Positions 35,101-46,612 of a stretch of 64,000 nucleotides of DNA are shown piece by piece. The stretch comes from Lepidodermella squamata. Its lineage: Eukaryota; Animalia; Gastrotricha. The position numbers and the translations under genes are program-made. Each line of letters starts with the position of its first letter. The first letter of the stretch is position 1. The notes under the pieces are model-generated. The model was not told the origin of the DNA. It was given only the letters and a program-made list of their open reading frames with translations, and did not search any database. The stretch lies in assembly GCA_047495785.1 (NCBI GenBank), contig JBLDXI010000024.1, positions 3,968,001 to 4,032,000 on the forward strand, read 5' to 3'.

Positions 35101-38100
35101 GAATATAATTGTTATTCAAAAGTACATAGACTCATAGACTATGTATAGACTCATTTTCACGTCTTTTACTGCCAATCAAAACATATTTATTACTGCCATA
35201 CCCATTTTTAATACCAAATCAGGTTTTTGCAGATAGATGTGAATATGCTAATGAGTATGGTGTTACATGTGAATTCCACCTCAAAACGGGCTGAAGTTTT
35301 ATATTAATACTGGGTACTCTGGTTTCCGCGCAAAACGTACAAATCTTTCGCCTTTTACTAAAGATTTCCGTGCGTGGGAACATTCAATGAGCCTTCGGGC
35401 GATTTCTTGGGCTTCTCCTTCGACGAGAAGCGAAAGAGCAAACACAAAAAATGTTTAGTTGAATTGTAGGATTCAGCAGTAGCGTTCAACAGGGAGGCAT
35501 GCTGAAACCTTTAATTACGTGAATCGAAGTCGGCGCTTTGAGGAATTCTTAGGCGCAAGATTCCATATACAATAAAGAGTGTAACAGACCTCTATGCCTA
35601 GCTGAGTTGCTCGGCTAAAGGAACAGCGAAATTAAAAAATTTAACGGAAAGCTCCTGTTCCTTCAATTGAATGAATTTATTTAACTCGATCCTTACTTAC
35701 ATATCGGGATAAGTAAAAGGCCTTCAATGTTTTAGTTGGAGCCCTATAAGGTATACGGCACTACAAGCTCTCAGGTCAGATTTCAAGCTGATAAAACTAG
35801 AGGAACTAGGAACTAGTAAAAATATTGCACCCCCGGCGGGACTCGAACCCGCAATCTTTGAATTAGAAGTCCAACGCCTTGCCATTAGGCCACGAGGGCT
35901 GCTTGAAAATTCAAACAGCATACAGGATGATAAGCTCAAATAGGTTTATTCCGCCACGGAAAATCATGGGAAAAAAGACTGTGCGCCGCCCGGGAGTCGA
36001 ACCCGGGTCACAAGAATGGGAATCTTGTATGATACCGTTACACTAGCGGCGCTGGATAAAAGAAATTAGAAAAAAATGAACTAAAATGTTCCTTGAAACT
36101 TTTTACTTCATCTCGTAAGCAATTGAAGGAACAACACGTTAACATGAAAATTTGAAAGTTCAAAGGAATAATGAAATTATTTTTAGATTTTAGAAAACTC
36201 TCCCGGGCGTTAAAATTCTAGGATTTCTTTCTTTCAAAAAAAAAAACCTTAGAAGTCTCTAATTATTTGTATTTATTCTAATTTCAGCGTTGTATGGTTC
36301 AATTCGGCTGGTCAGACGGTACCATCAAAAACGTCCACGTCGACATGCCAGCGTTATACGAGTACCAGAAGCAACTCGACGAAACCGTGCGCCTGCTAGA
36401 GGCCCGCATCGACTGGCTGACGCGCCGCAGCCGCCGCCTGTGGGGCACAATCGTCGAAAAACGCGTCGTTTTCCTCATCGACCTAAGCGCGGCCAACTTG
36501 AACTACCTGGTCCACATTCAACACTCAATGCGGCTTGTCCTCGAGCAACAGATGCAAAACAAAGAATTTTTCAACATCATCGGCTTCGGCGGCACGGTTC
36601 GCGCCTTCAGCCGATGTATGGTCAAGGTGAATGAAGAAAATTTACAGCGAGCCTGGCGATTCGTTCTCAGCCTCGGTTGTATTGGTGGCCGAAATTTTCT
36701 GGGCGCGTTTCGAGCCGCCGTTGAACAGCTGGAACAGGAAGAGCATGACATAAGGCCCGAGGGCGTTTATGTCCTGACCAGCGGGGTTCCGGATGAACCA
36801 GCCTCGGTGGTTTCGACCTTCCTAGAACAGGCCGCAGCTGGAACCGGGGTTAAAGTTCACACGCTGCTGTTCACCGTCGATGAGGTCGTCGCGCATGGCT
36901 CGCTGCCTGGGCGTTACGCTTCGGCGGTTCAAACGGCAGATTGCTTGCGGGAAATGGCGCATTGCACGCCGGGCGGGCGGTTTCACTGGTTCAGCGAGGC
37001 TGGTATCATTGAGAGCGATGATATCAAGACGATTTCGCTCGAAATCGATCAGGCGATTAATTTTTCACAGAAATGTTGCACCCTTGTTGAAACGGTGAAG
37101 CGAAAATATCCCGACTCAATTTCTCAGGTAATTTTGTGCAGTCGTTTTTTTGAAAAATGAAATTTTGTAAATGAATTTTTTAATTCCATTTTTGCTAATT
37201 TTTTATTTTTTATTGATTTTTCTTGGTCGATTGGAATGTAGAATTGTTTAGGATTTTAGGATTTATAATTTATTTTCGGAATTTCGGTAATTTTCAGAAA
37301 AATCTAGTGGTGTTGGTAATCAGTTACCATTAAAAAAGCTACGAACTCTGCAAAATCGTTTCAACGCGGTGAAAACTAATAAAAAAACCGGTCTTGATTC
37401 CCGATTTTTCTCTTTCAAAATTCCGATTGGAAAAGGAAAATGAGGGTTTTTTCCTGGAAAATATTCCGGACTTGAATGATGCAGTGAGATTTTTTTATTA
37501 TCTTGAAAGTTCATTTGCAGCAGTACATTTCATGAAATAATTTGATAAGTTAAACGTATGTAGCCGTAAAATGTTCACTTGGCAGTAACTAGGAAGTCGG
37601 ATAGCTTGAAATGCGACTTGACCGGCAGGTCATTAGGAAATTCGCCATCTTCGTTTTCCGACTCCGCGACTTCATCTTCGTAATCAACAAAGTCGTCTTG
37701 GAGAAATTTTTTTGAAGGCTGCGAGGCGCTGACGAAGGTGTGCATGCGACAATTGCAAGGTTTCATTGGTTCCTTCAAAACTTGCCGCCTATTGACGTAT
37801 TCCCTATCGCCTAGAAAGACATGAATTTGCTCGCTTTCAACTGTTCGGTCCACTTTTTCTTGCTTCGCCGGCTCGTATTTGCCAGCTTTGAGTTGAGCCA
37901 GAAAATTGTACGCGTTCAATTTTGATCTGGGGGAGGATTTTTCCAGTGGTTTTTCGGTCTGATCCGGGCCGTAGTACAGGACGTGGTCAGCCTTTACGCA
38001 GGATTGAAGGCCTGAAGCGCCTTTGTGTTGAACCAGGGCAATTGCCTCGGCCGATTTCTGGCCCTTGTCCTTGAATTCTCGGTCTTCAATAGCCAGCTGA

Positions 38101-41100
38101 CGAATTTCGTCACAGACGCGAGTTGGTACATTCCAGCGACCCTGTTTGTTCAGAGAATACTGCACGCCATTTTCGAAATATTCCGGCAAATCCACTGAAA
38201 ATTGAAGAAATAATTTAAAATTAAGATTTTGTTCAGTTATTTCAAATTAAAAAAAAATACATAAGTAAATGAAAATGCAAATTTTCTATTCGAACTCACA
38301 ATTTGATCCATTCGACCGCAATACTACGACTTTGGCATTGGTTCCAGCGTGTATCGGATGGTTCGATTTGTCGTAGTAAACCTGACTCGGGATGAAATGG
38401 AGACGATGCCTGCGAACGGTTCCACCCGTTCTGACGCCAAATTTACCGCTTTTGCGAACCATTTTTGTTACCAAGGTAGTTGATAGTTAATGGGCTTTAG
38501 CGAAAGAACTCGTCGTGAGAAAGCAAGCGATTTGAAAGGATAGGGCAACAAAGCGCCGTTTAAATAGCACGGCTTATCGCTCCGTGGTGATTCATCGTGC
38601 GAATAATGAATCATGCGCTGTCGTTGCTTTTGATATAATATTATACCCGCGTAGTTTTTGATGAGTAATCTATCTGATGCAATTTGAATAAAAATTAAAT
38701 TTACCTCAACCAAAATTTTAAATTTAATGTCGGTCAATTTTTTAGAATTTTCGGAATTTTCTAGAATTTTCAGGGATTTTTTTCATATTTTATGAAATTT
38801 CATGTGATAATCGTAAAATGAGTGGATTTTCCAATTTTTAAAATATTTCAAAATGTATAATTTTTGCAGGTCAAACGGCAAGAGAAATTCGAAAATACAC
38901 TCGCGGCTAAGAATCGTGAATTTGAAGCGTTGGAAGATGGCTCTCAGGTAAAAGATAGCCGAGCCTTAGTTTCAACAGCCTGGATCGAACCTAAACACAC
39001 AGCTCTATCGCAACAGCGCCAGCAATTGCGGGCAAAATCGCCCGAAGCTAAGGATTGGCAGTTGACAATGCGAAGTGAGACGGCGGATGAGTCCAAGTCT
39101 AAATCAGCCCGGGCGACGCTGATTGCGAAGGAGCGCGAGGAGAAAGATCGGAACCGGCCGGCGTCTGCTATCGGACCCAAGACGACGATTTTCTATAACG
39201 AACGAAAAAATAATGTTGGAGTGCCGTTGACGAATTTGCCGGTTGGCAAAACTGTTCGGAAATTCATACCGCATCCGGTGTTTCCAGATGAGGAGGCTTA
39301 CGTGACGACTCGAGAGGTTAGTATTAGGATTTCTATGATTTTTGCAAATTCTTCGATTGAAAATTTCCGATCGATCCTTATTTTCCTATTCGTAGTAGAT
39401 GTAACAAGCGCCGCTAGTGTAACGGTATCATACAAGATTCCCATTCTTGTGACCCGGGTTCGACTCCCGGGCGGCGCACAATTCTTTTTACTGCCGTATG
39501 GTGGATTCAAGCCATAAAATCAGGTAGTTATTAAACATGAGTGGAACGATTCAGTGATCTGAAATTTCCGTATTCGCGATCACTTATGATATTGAACGGA
39601 AAACCCGCAAGAGTTAACCAGATTCGTTCAGCCAAAGGGAAACTGTCATCACAAATGAAGTTTGCCGCTGACAAGGAGTTTTGGTTCCTTTAGAACGCTC
39701 GTGATAAGCAAATTTCCATAAAAAACTTCGGTTTTTATTACCGATTCAAGCATCAAGCTTCCGATTAATCAGTTCCAGTTTTTAGCTGACAAAAATTGTT
39801 TCAGTTTTTCGCTTCTCTTCGAAGGAGAAGCCCAAGAAATCGCCCGAAGGCTCATTGAATGTTCCCACGCACGGAAATCTTTAGTAAAAGGCGAAAGATT
39901 TATTCGTTTTGCGCGGAAACCAGAGTACTTATTAATATTTTAAAATTTGAGCCCGTTTTAAGGTGGAATCCACATACAGCAAACAACTCATTAGAATATT
40001 CGCAACACTTCAATTTTCGAACCGAGGGTACACCTTTTTGCCTGTTTTGTCACTTTCTGCGAGCACTTTGAAGAGAAGAAATTTTGAAGCTGGTCGCAGT
40101 CACTGCGGAACGATCCTAGTGATGCGGTATCATACAGGGAGAGACTTGGGATTTCCTTTAGTTCTTCAGATTTTTCCTTCATTTTTCCTTCATTTCTACG
40201 CTTTCGTAACTTGAAAATCCTTGAAATTCCTAAAAATTCTAAAAATAAGAATATTATAATGAGTTGTTTGCTGCATGTGGATTCCACCTTAAGACGGGCT
40301 GGAAATTTAAATTAACAATGAGTACTCTGGTTTCCGCGCAGAACGTACAAATCTTTCGCCTTTTACTAAAGATTTCCGTGCGTGGGAACATTCAATGAGC
40401 CTTCGGACGATTTCTTGGGCTTCTCCTTCGAAGAGAAGCGAAAAACTAAAACAATTATACCCCGGTAGGCGCATACAATTTTCAGTTGGATCGTAGGATT
40501 CCTCCAGCTGCCTTCAAGGAGGAATGCTATTGAAGCCGTTACTGACATGGAGGTCGGCGCCTCTGAAGAATTCTTAGGATTCTTTCTCAAGATTCCACAT
40601 CCAATTTCCGCTCAGAACGGACAAATCGTTCTCCTTCCACCAAAGATTTCCGTGCTGGGGATTACAAGCTGGGGATTGGGGCTAAAATTGGGTGCGTTTC
40701 TAAACTCGTGTTTCTGATTTTTTTTATAAAATCGAAAAAAACATGACATTTCTTTAAAGCCGGTGTGTTTTACACATGTTAAGAGGCACGCGAGTTTATT
40801 TTGCTTAAAAACAACAAGAATAAAATAAAATTCAACAGAATAAAGAAACGCACCCACTGTTTAAGATTGAATTCTCTAGAAACTTCGAGCATCATTCACT
40901 GGTTCTTGGTATACGTTTTAAAATAACGGCAGATGAATTTTGTCACGTATGTAATAATTTTATTTCCAACCTTACGTCTTTTGAATAAAAGGGAAAATGG
41001 TTAAGAAATGAACAGATGTTGAAACAACGAGGCACCCTACAGCCACTGTAATTTTTCGTGCTGCAACAGAAGATTGCAGCACAACTAGAATTACTGTAGT

Positions 41101-44100
41101 TGCAGCTGTGATAGTAGTCAGATTCAAATGGGCGATACCAATGACGCGATCAGGCGGAGCCCATTTTGTGAACCTCAACCTGAGAATCAGCGAACAGCCA
41201 AATAGCTGTAGGAGCATATTAGCCACTGTTAAAACATAATAATGAATATGTTGTATCCTCGAATAGCATCTGGATTCAACAAACTGCGTCACAATATCTT
41301 GTTCAACGTCGTAAAAGGTCATTTCAACATTTAGAGCAGTTCGACCCGTTGGGCGATCATAGATGAAAAGCAGCACGAAAGATAATAACGAAATAACCAT
41401 CCAAACAAAGCAAGCTGAAATAGCTGTCCGAACACCTTTAATTTGCAATCTAGAAATCGCTTTTTCAAATCGTATTATTTTCTTCGAACCGGGTCTTACA
41501 GAAGTCCTGATTTGCTTATAAATGATGAATAGGAGGGCCGTTAAATACGCGGAGAATATGGACATTCCCAGGCCAAGGAACATTGGACCCGACGAGCATA
41601 TCCAATCGCCGTGATCTGACGGGTTGAATGAGAATGAAATCGCGGAAATATCTAAGAAAATACTTCCAATCATTGTTGGAAGATGCCTTGATGCATCGAC
41701 CTTTAACCGAAGTTTCAGCCAGAAGATAGAAATGATGCTTAAGGCAGCAGATAAGCCTGCCAACGTTGACAATGTAATGCAGGCGCTCAATGTGACGTCA
41801 TTCAACTTTATGAGTATATCTGCTGAGTCCTTTGGTAATTTGGCGAACTTGTTACTCCAGTTGATTTCAGCCATATCTTTTAGCTCATAAGTTACGTTAT
41901 CTTTGCTTCGGATGCTTTTGTAGTGAACTTTGTAGCCCGCCTTTGCACTCCAAGACTGAATAGACATGACGTCATCGTCGTATTCCAATCTTGACGAAAA
42001 CTTGACCCTACCAGTCCTCAATCCGCTGAAATCCGTCGCAGAAACACTTTGGTTAGTGACTTTCATGATCAGCTCTGGATATTCCTTGAAATCCCGTAAA
42101 GTCATGTTTAGGCGTGATAGTTGTTTTTCGGTCTGATCCAAAGCTAATACAGCCATAAGCATCATGTCGTGGCATAAAAACCTGTCAGCTAAGTCTATTT
42201 TCCAGCTCGATCGTACTGCGTGGTAAGGCAGAAATTCTGCATCGAACTCATGCAGGTTGTATCCGAGCAGGGTAGCTGTGTCGTAGTTATCGATTGGCGT
42301 TTGTGCTGATCCGTAGTAGAACATGTGTTCCAATTGTGAGATGATCATGTCTCTTGAGCAATCGGGGCTAATCATTTTCGGCAGCCCTAGAGGATCAAAA
42401 GCCATCAGCGAAGACAGGAGAAAAACATATCGATTGCCTTTAATGCCAACGTTGTAAGCGACGCATAGTAAGCGTAATATCACAAAAGCCTCGAAGGTTT
42501 GAACCACAAAAATCCTGGCGTCGCTTTGCTTCATAGATTGAACAGCTGCCTCATCGATGCCAGCACCAACATCGAACCAGGCGAGGCTAACGTTGAATTT
42601 ATCCATTTCACTGATGAAATGAGTTGCGAGTTGTATGTTTGTCGGATTCTCAGCATTAGCGTACATCGCAACTTTAGTCCATTTATTTCGCTTGATAAAG
42701 GCTAGGCATATGTTATTGCTGACTTCAGACGAGCTTCTTATTCGGTATACATTAGGGTAAGCCTTCCGATCGTTTGTAAAGAGTGCGCTTGAACAAGAGT
42801 ACGCTATTGCAACGCTGTTAAGGTGGTGAACCATTGCGCCGTAAGATTTGCAACCAGGGGTGTAAGTTGCTCCCAATATGACTGGGGATTGATAGGCCCC
42901 ACGGGGTTCGTTCATTTCGCGGGAAAAAGCCACAGCAATTTTCGCATCGTAAACCCCGTTAGGTCCTTCGTCAACTTCCTGAGTTACCAGATGGTAGTCC
43001 GGCAGAATGTCACTACGCTGGTTGATTTTATCCAGGACGAACTGCATAACAACGCTACATGTCATTTGATGTACAGGTATGGGGGACCATACTGCAAGAC
43101 GCAGGATTGTCAGATTATAAGGTTTCATCGCACCAACATTTAGGACTAGGACGTTTAGAATAATCGCGAAGCTTGCGAATTTCATTTTGTAAATTGTAAC
43201 GAATATTTAGCTTCGGGGCACTCTTTAAATGTCGAACGCCGGCGAGACAGGATTCTTAGGACTAATAATTGGCCAGATCCTACTTTTGACGTCAATACGT
43301 GACATTAACTCCGACAAATACCGTCATTATCAACTAAATTAGCTGTGCCTTGACATTACAGACAATTTAGCGACTAGACATGTGATATTCTGAGGACGAA
43401 CCAAGGGTGAAAAGGTGCAACAGATTCTGACATTATAACGGCAAATATCGACTTCACTAATTATACAACCTTCAAGTACCTGGGGTACGGGGGGTACCGT
43501 ACCCCTCGTATCTCGAGAGGTCCAAGCAGGAAAACCCATCAAAACCACAGAGGGGGACCCTTTGGTCAGATGAATTCGGGGCTGAAACTAACCAAACGTA
43601 CCCCTCACCTCGAAGATCTTACTTCGTCCACTGCTGATGGGTTGCAAAAAATGGTGATAGGCAGAGTAACCGAGGATAACCGGGTTACCCTCGAAAAACA
43701 TCGTAACCGAACCGAACCGAAGCTTAGAATTTGTAACCGGGGCATCTCTAGGCGGAAGCTTGATTCTTGACTGCGATACCGGGATATGTTTCAGATGGAA
43801 TGACTCATGAGCACTCTAAGCTTTAGGATCGTAGTTTCAAACCGGGTAATATAAAACCGGGCGATATCATGGCGTTCGTTGCGCTGAATAACTAGCACTT
43901 TCTGCTATTTTTGCTGGAAGTGCTGATTCGATGGGGAGGTTGCAAAAAGATTGCACCCCCGGCGGGACTCGAACCCGCAATCTTCGGCTTAGGAGGCCGA
44001 CGCCTTACCATTAGGCCACAAGGGCTGCTTGCATTTGGGAGTTGAAAATAAAGCCTTCGAGGTATATTGTCTCTAACATTAATTTTGCAACTCTCTTACG

Positions 44101-46082
44101 AAGTTAAGCCCCTAGATCTATTACATTCAGTCGCGGTAAGAGACATAAAAATTTCATAATTGTTTTGATTACGCAACAAGCTAATTTGATACTGCCAAAA
44201 TTAGGACCCATTAACTTGTTTGATAGTAGTAGCTGAACTTCAGTAACTTCGAATGTAGGGAGAGTTTGAATGTTTATTTAGCTTGGCTCCATTCAATATT
44301 ATTTAAAAAATATTTCACCCCCGGCGGGACTCGAACCCGCAATCTTTGAATTAGAAGTCCAACGCCTTGCCATTAGGCCACGAGGGCTGCTTGAAAGTTC
44401 GAACAGCATTCTAGATAATGAGGCTTGAATCCCCAGGAACAATTATGTGGAAAAAGGATTGTGCGCCGCCCGGGAGTCGAACCCGGGTCACAAGAATGGG
44501 AATCTTGTATGATACCGTTACACTAGCGGCGCTTGACGGAACTGAGAACATCATAACTCGATTTAATCGGAACTATCTCTCATTTTTTTCGTTTTTTACT
44601 TCCAGTGGCTGAGTCTCTATAGTTTGAAACGGCTTGGCTTGGATCTCTACAAACTCATATCGGGCCCAGATTGCTCCCACGTCGAGAAACCTGTCAAAGC
44701 CCTGGGCGGTAAGCCTATCGCAGCAAAATACTGCTGCAAGATCTTCCCATCAGTGAACATCAACGGAACCGTAAAACACCTTCAACTCCTGCCAAACGAG
44801 CTCGAAGACTACGAAGCTCAAGTGTCGAAAACACTGGAGCGGTATCTGAAACGTTTAAGGTGGCTATTATCTGGATCACGGCGCCTTTTCGGCGTAGTTG
44901 CCCACGACAAAGTCGCTGTCCTGCTTGACACAAGCGGTTCCATGGAGCCGTACATGGACGAGGTGCGTCGCGAGATGAGCGTCCTGATCTGGGAGCAGTT
45001 GCATTCGCAGAAAGCTTCCTTCAATCTGATCGCGTTCAATGAGACTATCAAAACGTGGCGGCAGCATATTGTGCCAGCGATCCAGGAGAACTGCGCAGAT
45101 GCTATGGCTTGGGTTAGTAAGCTTCAGGCGGATGGCGCTACCAGAATCCTAGACGCCATCAAATTGGCTCTGTCAGATCGTGACATAGATGCGATTTACT
45201 TGTTAACGGACGGCAAGCCTGATGCGAGCGCGCAAAGCGTTCTGCGTGAGGTTGCACGCATTTCGGCGGAGTGTGACCGTATCGATACGGCGTCGGGTAA
45301 CAAGGCGAGATGTGGCCATCGCGTTTCGATCAATACAATCTCGTTCAACTGCACGGATGCGGCGGCGAACGAGTTTCTGCGGCTGTTGGCACGGGAAACG
45401 TGCGGCCGGTACCACCGGTGCCAGTCGGATACCGATGCGCATCTGGCTATTCACGCTATGTTGAGCGATGGCTTTGAAACAACTGAGGTAAGTTTCGTCT
45501 AGTTTTGACACGGGGGGCCAGTCAAGTAAATATGGCTACCAATTGTGCAAAGTAGAATCCTCGAGCTTGGAGGTACTTTCGGGTATTTCCGGCTTCGAAT
45601 TTCAATTACTTCTGGTTCTCCAGCACCTCTCGAGCTGGGGTTTATGGTACCCTCCTTACCCCTACGTCGTACACGGGATGAAAGGGAAAGCTCTAAATCC
45701 TTCCTTAAAGGGCTATTGGTAGAATCCATAAGTGAACCTAGGTTTGACAGTCCCCCATTAACCTTCCCCATGTTTTCTGTAGAACTTGAGCCTGCCTGAA
45801 TTCGATGGTCACGATTTGCTAAGGCTCGCGGCTGAGATAGCTCGGGCAAGGCGTTTCCTCAAGCAGTCAGCCATTTTCCGGCAAATGTACGCCGATTTTG
45901 CTGCTCAGAACAACAACTATGCTTCGGATGCGAAAAGCGGCAAAATGAAATCGAGCGCTTCGAGCCCGGGCAATCTCAACGCGGCTATGCCTAGCAGTCG
46001 TAGTAATGTCAGCGGCGCATCGCGCATCGCGTCAGCCACGCCGTCCAGTCGCATAGCGCAATCTTCAATCCTTGCGTCCTGA
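32200..46082 (+). CDS. VWA3A: von Willebrand factor A domain-containing protein 3A, about 10 exons
   Basis: Exons about 32200-32276, 32328-32974, 33028-33153, 33210-33317, 33653-33851, 33911-34152, 36288-37127, 38870-39316, 44606-45487, 45783-46082. Three repeated WL..GSRR.FG + VWA units (e.g. WLLSGSRRLFGVVAHDKVAVLLDTSGSM, YLLTDGKPD). Confidence 0.88.
34280..34350 (+). tRNA. tRNA-Gly(CCC)
   Basis: 71-nt cloverleaf, anticodon arm CAAGA-TTCCCAT-TCTTG, GTTCGA T-loop, T-run terminator. Confidence 0.97.
34547..34665 (-). ncRNA. RNU5: U5 snRNA copy 1
   Basis: Reverse strand reads GTACTCTGGTTT...AAATCTTTCGCCTTTTACTAAAGATTTCCGTG (invariant loop 1), Sm-like site, 3' hairpin. Confidence 0.95.
34739..34775 (+). 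pseudogene. Internally deleted tRNA remnant
   Basis: A-box half TAGCTCAACTG fused directly to a T-arm GAGGGTTCGAGTCTC; no anticodon arm. Confidence 0.45.
35014..35086 (+). tRNA. tRNA-Lys(CTT)
   Basis: Canonical GCCCGGTTAGCTCAGTCGGTAGAGCATGGGACTCTTAATCCC..., 73 nt, TTTTT terminator. Confidence 0.97.
35241..35293 (+). promoter_or_regulatory. U5 snRNA promoter: octamer-like ATGCTAAT (about -69) plus PSE-like block (about -48 to -21)
   Basis: AATATGCTAATGAG and TG(G/A)ATTCCACCT..AACGGGCT recur at similar spacing upstream of the U5 copies (octamer-like element mutated in two) while further flanks diverge. Confidence 0.75.
35314..35432 (+). ncRNA. RNU5: U5 snRNA copy 2
   Basis: 119 nt; loop 1 GCCTTTTAC in stem AAATCTTT/AAAGATTT; divergent from copy 1. 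Confidence 0.95.
35828..35899 (-). tRNA. tRNA-Arg(TCT), intronless
   Basis: GCCCTCGTGGCCTAATGGCAAGGCGTTGGACTTCTAATTCAAAGATTGCGGGTTCGAGTCCCGCCGGGGGTG; A20, G73. Confidence 0.93.
35982..36052 (-). tRNA. tRNA-Gly(CCC)
   Basis: Identical to the 34280 copy; T-run terminator. Confidence 0.97.
37575..38462 (-). CDS. Uncharacterised 260-aa protein nested antisense in a VWA3A intron; exons 38462-38300 and 38194-37575
   Basis: AAAATG start, gtgagt donor and ttttcag acceptor both phase 1, long open frame in otherwise AT-rich intron. No recognisable domain. Confidence 0.72.
39408..39478 (+). tRNA. tRNA-Gly(CCC)
   Basis: Identical to the other Gly copies; TTTTT terminator. Confidence 0.97.
39810..39928 (-). 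ncRNA. RNU5: U5 snRNA copy 3
   Basis: Full 119-nt match with loop 1 and upstream PSE-like block. Confidence 0.95.
40322..40440 (+). ncRNA. RNU5: U5 snRNA copy 4
   Basis: Full match; divergent from copy 3; octamer-like element mutated (ATTATAAT). Confidence 0.93.
40590..40660 (+). pseudogene. Degenerate U5 fragment
   Basis: tttccgctcagaacggacaaatcgttctccttccaccaaagatttccgtgc: U5 core with loop 1 destroyed, preceded by PSE-like remnant gattccac. Confidence 0.75.
40972..43185 (-). CDS. Divergent class C (GABA-B-like) GPCR, intronless, nested antisense in a VWA3A intron
   Basis: Signal peptide; Venus-flytrap/ANF-receptor domain (INQRSDILPDYHL, YPNVYR, KQSDARIF, FSGLRTGRVKF); no cysteine-rich domain; about seven hydrophobic C-terminal segments. 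Confidence 0.85.
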   Translation of the reverse strand: MKFASFAIILNVLVLNVGAMKPYNLTILRLAVWSPIPVHQMTCSVVMQFVLDKINQRSDILPDYHLVTQEVDEGPNGVYDAKIAVAFSREMNEPRGAYQSPVILGATYTPGCKSYGAMVHHLNSVAIAYSCSSALFTNDRKAYPNVYRIRSSSEVSNNICLAFIKRNKWTKVAMYANAENPTNIQLATHFISEMDKFNVSLAWFDVGAGIDEAAVQSMKQSDARIFVVQTFEAFVILRLLCVAYNVGIKGNRYVFLLSSLMAFDPLGLPKMISPDCSRDMIISQLEHMFYYGSAQTPIDNYDTATLLGYNLHEFDAEFLPYHAVRSSWKIDLADRFLCHDMMLMAVLALDQTEKQLSRLNMTLRDFKEYPELIMKVTNQSVSATDFSGLRTGRVKFSSRLEYDDDVMSIQSWSAKAGYKVHYKSIRSKDNVTYELKDMAEINWSNKFAKLPKDSADILIKLNDVTLSACITLSTLAGLSAALSIISIFWLKLRLKVDASRHLPTMIGSIFLDISAISFSFNPSDHGDWICSSGPMFLGLGMSIFSAYLTALLFIIYKQIRTSVRPGSKKIIRFEKAISRLQIKGVRTAISACFVWMVISLLSFVLLFIYDRPTGRTALNVEMTFYDVEQDIVTQFVESRCYSRIQHIHYYVLTVANMLLQLFGCSLILRLRFTKWAPPDRVIGIAHLNLTTITAATTVILVVLQSSVAARKITVAVGCLVVSTSVHFLTIFPFIQKT
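43660..43865. repeat. Cluster of AACCG/ACCGGG motifs, likely subterminal repeats of a decayed DNA transposon
   Basis: gtaaccgagg, ataaccggg, taaccgaaccgaaccga, taaccggg, ataccggg, aaaccggg (x2). Confidence 0.4.
43954..44025 (-). tRNA. tRNA-Arg(CCT)
   Basis: Anticodon arm TCGGC-CTCCTAA-GCCGA; TTTTT terminator. Confidence 0.94.
44316..44387 (-). tRNA. tRNA-Arg(TCT)
   Basis: Identical to the 35828 copy. Confidence 0.93.
44462..44532 (-). tRNA. tRNA-Gly(CCC)
   Basis: Identical to the other Gly copies; tandem with Arg(TCT) as at 35828-36052. Confidence 0.97.
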
Positions 46083-46540
46083 AAAATTGACGATTTTTCG
46101 CGGACTTGTTTGTTGTTGTTATATACATCCAAATTTGACCTTGGATTTTCTACATTTATATACTCAGAACAATTATGTGTTTCAAATGTGTTAAACTTCT
46201 TGACGTGAGCATTTAATCTTTACTATTTTTTCAAAAAACAGGCTGATGTGTGATATTACATTTTTGTTGCCTCTGATATTGAGAATTGATAATTTACGAA
46301 GAGATTGCGAAATATTTTGCGATGAGCCTGAAATTATATCTGTGATGATATTTTGTCAAATGTCTCCGATCGTGTTGAACTGGAAAATTCGGATTCTTGA
46401 GATGCAAATCTTGAAAGCTTAGAACGATGCTTAAAATAAAAGAATGTCGATATATAAGTCGATATTTCATCTCCTAGCCTTTAGCTTGGATGAGCTTCTA
46501 TCTCGAACCAATTCAAGAGGACAGATTGAGGACAGGAGGA

Positions 46541-46612
46541 GCCCTTGTGGCCTAATGGCAAGGCGTCGGCCTCCTAAGCCGAAGATTGCGGGTTCGAGTC
46601 CCGCCGGGGGTG
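46541..46612 (+). tRNA. tRNA-Arg(CCT)
   Basis: One D-loop base differs from the 43954 copy; same 3' flank caatctttttgcaa. Confidence 0.94.
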
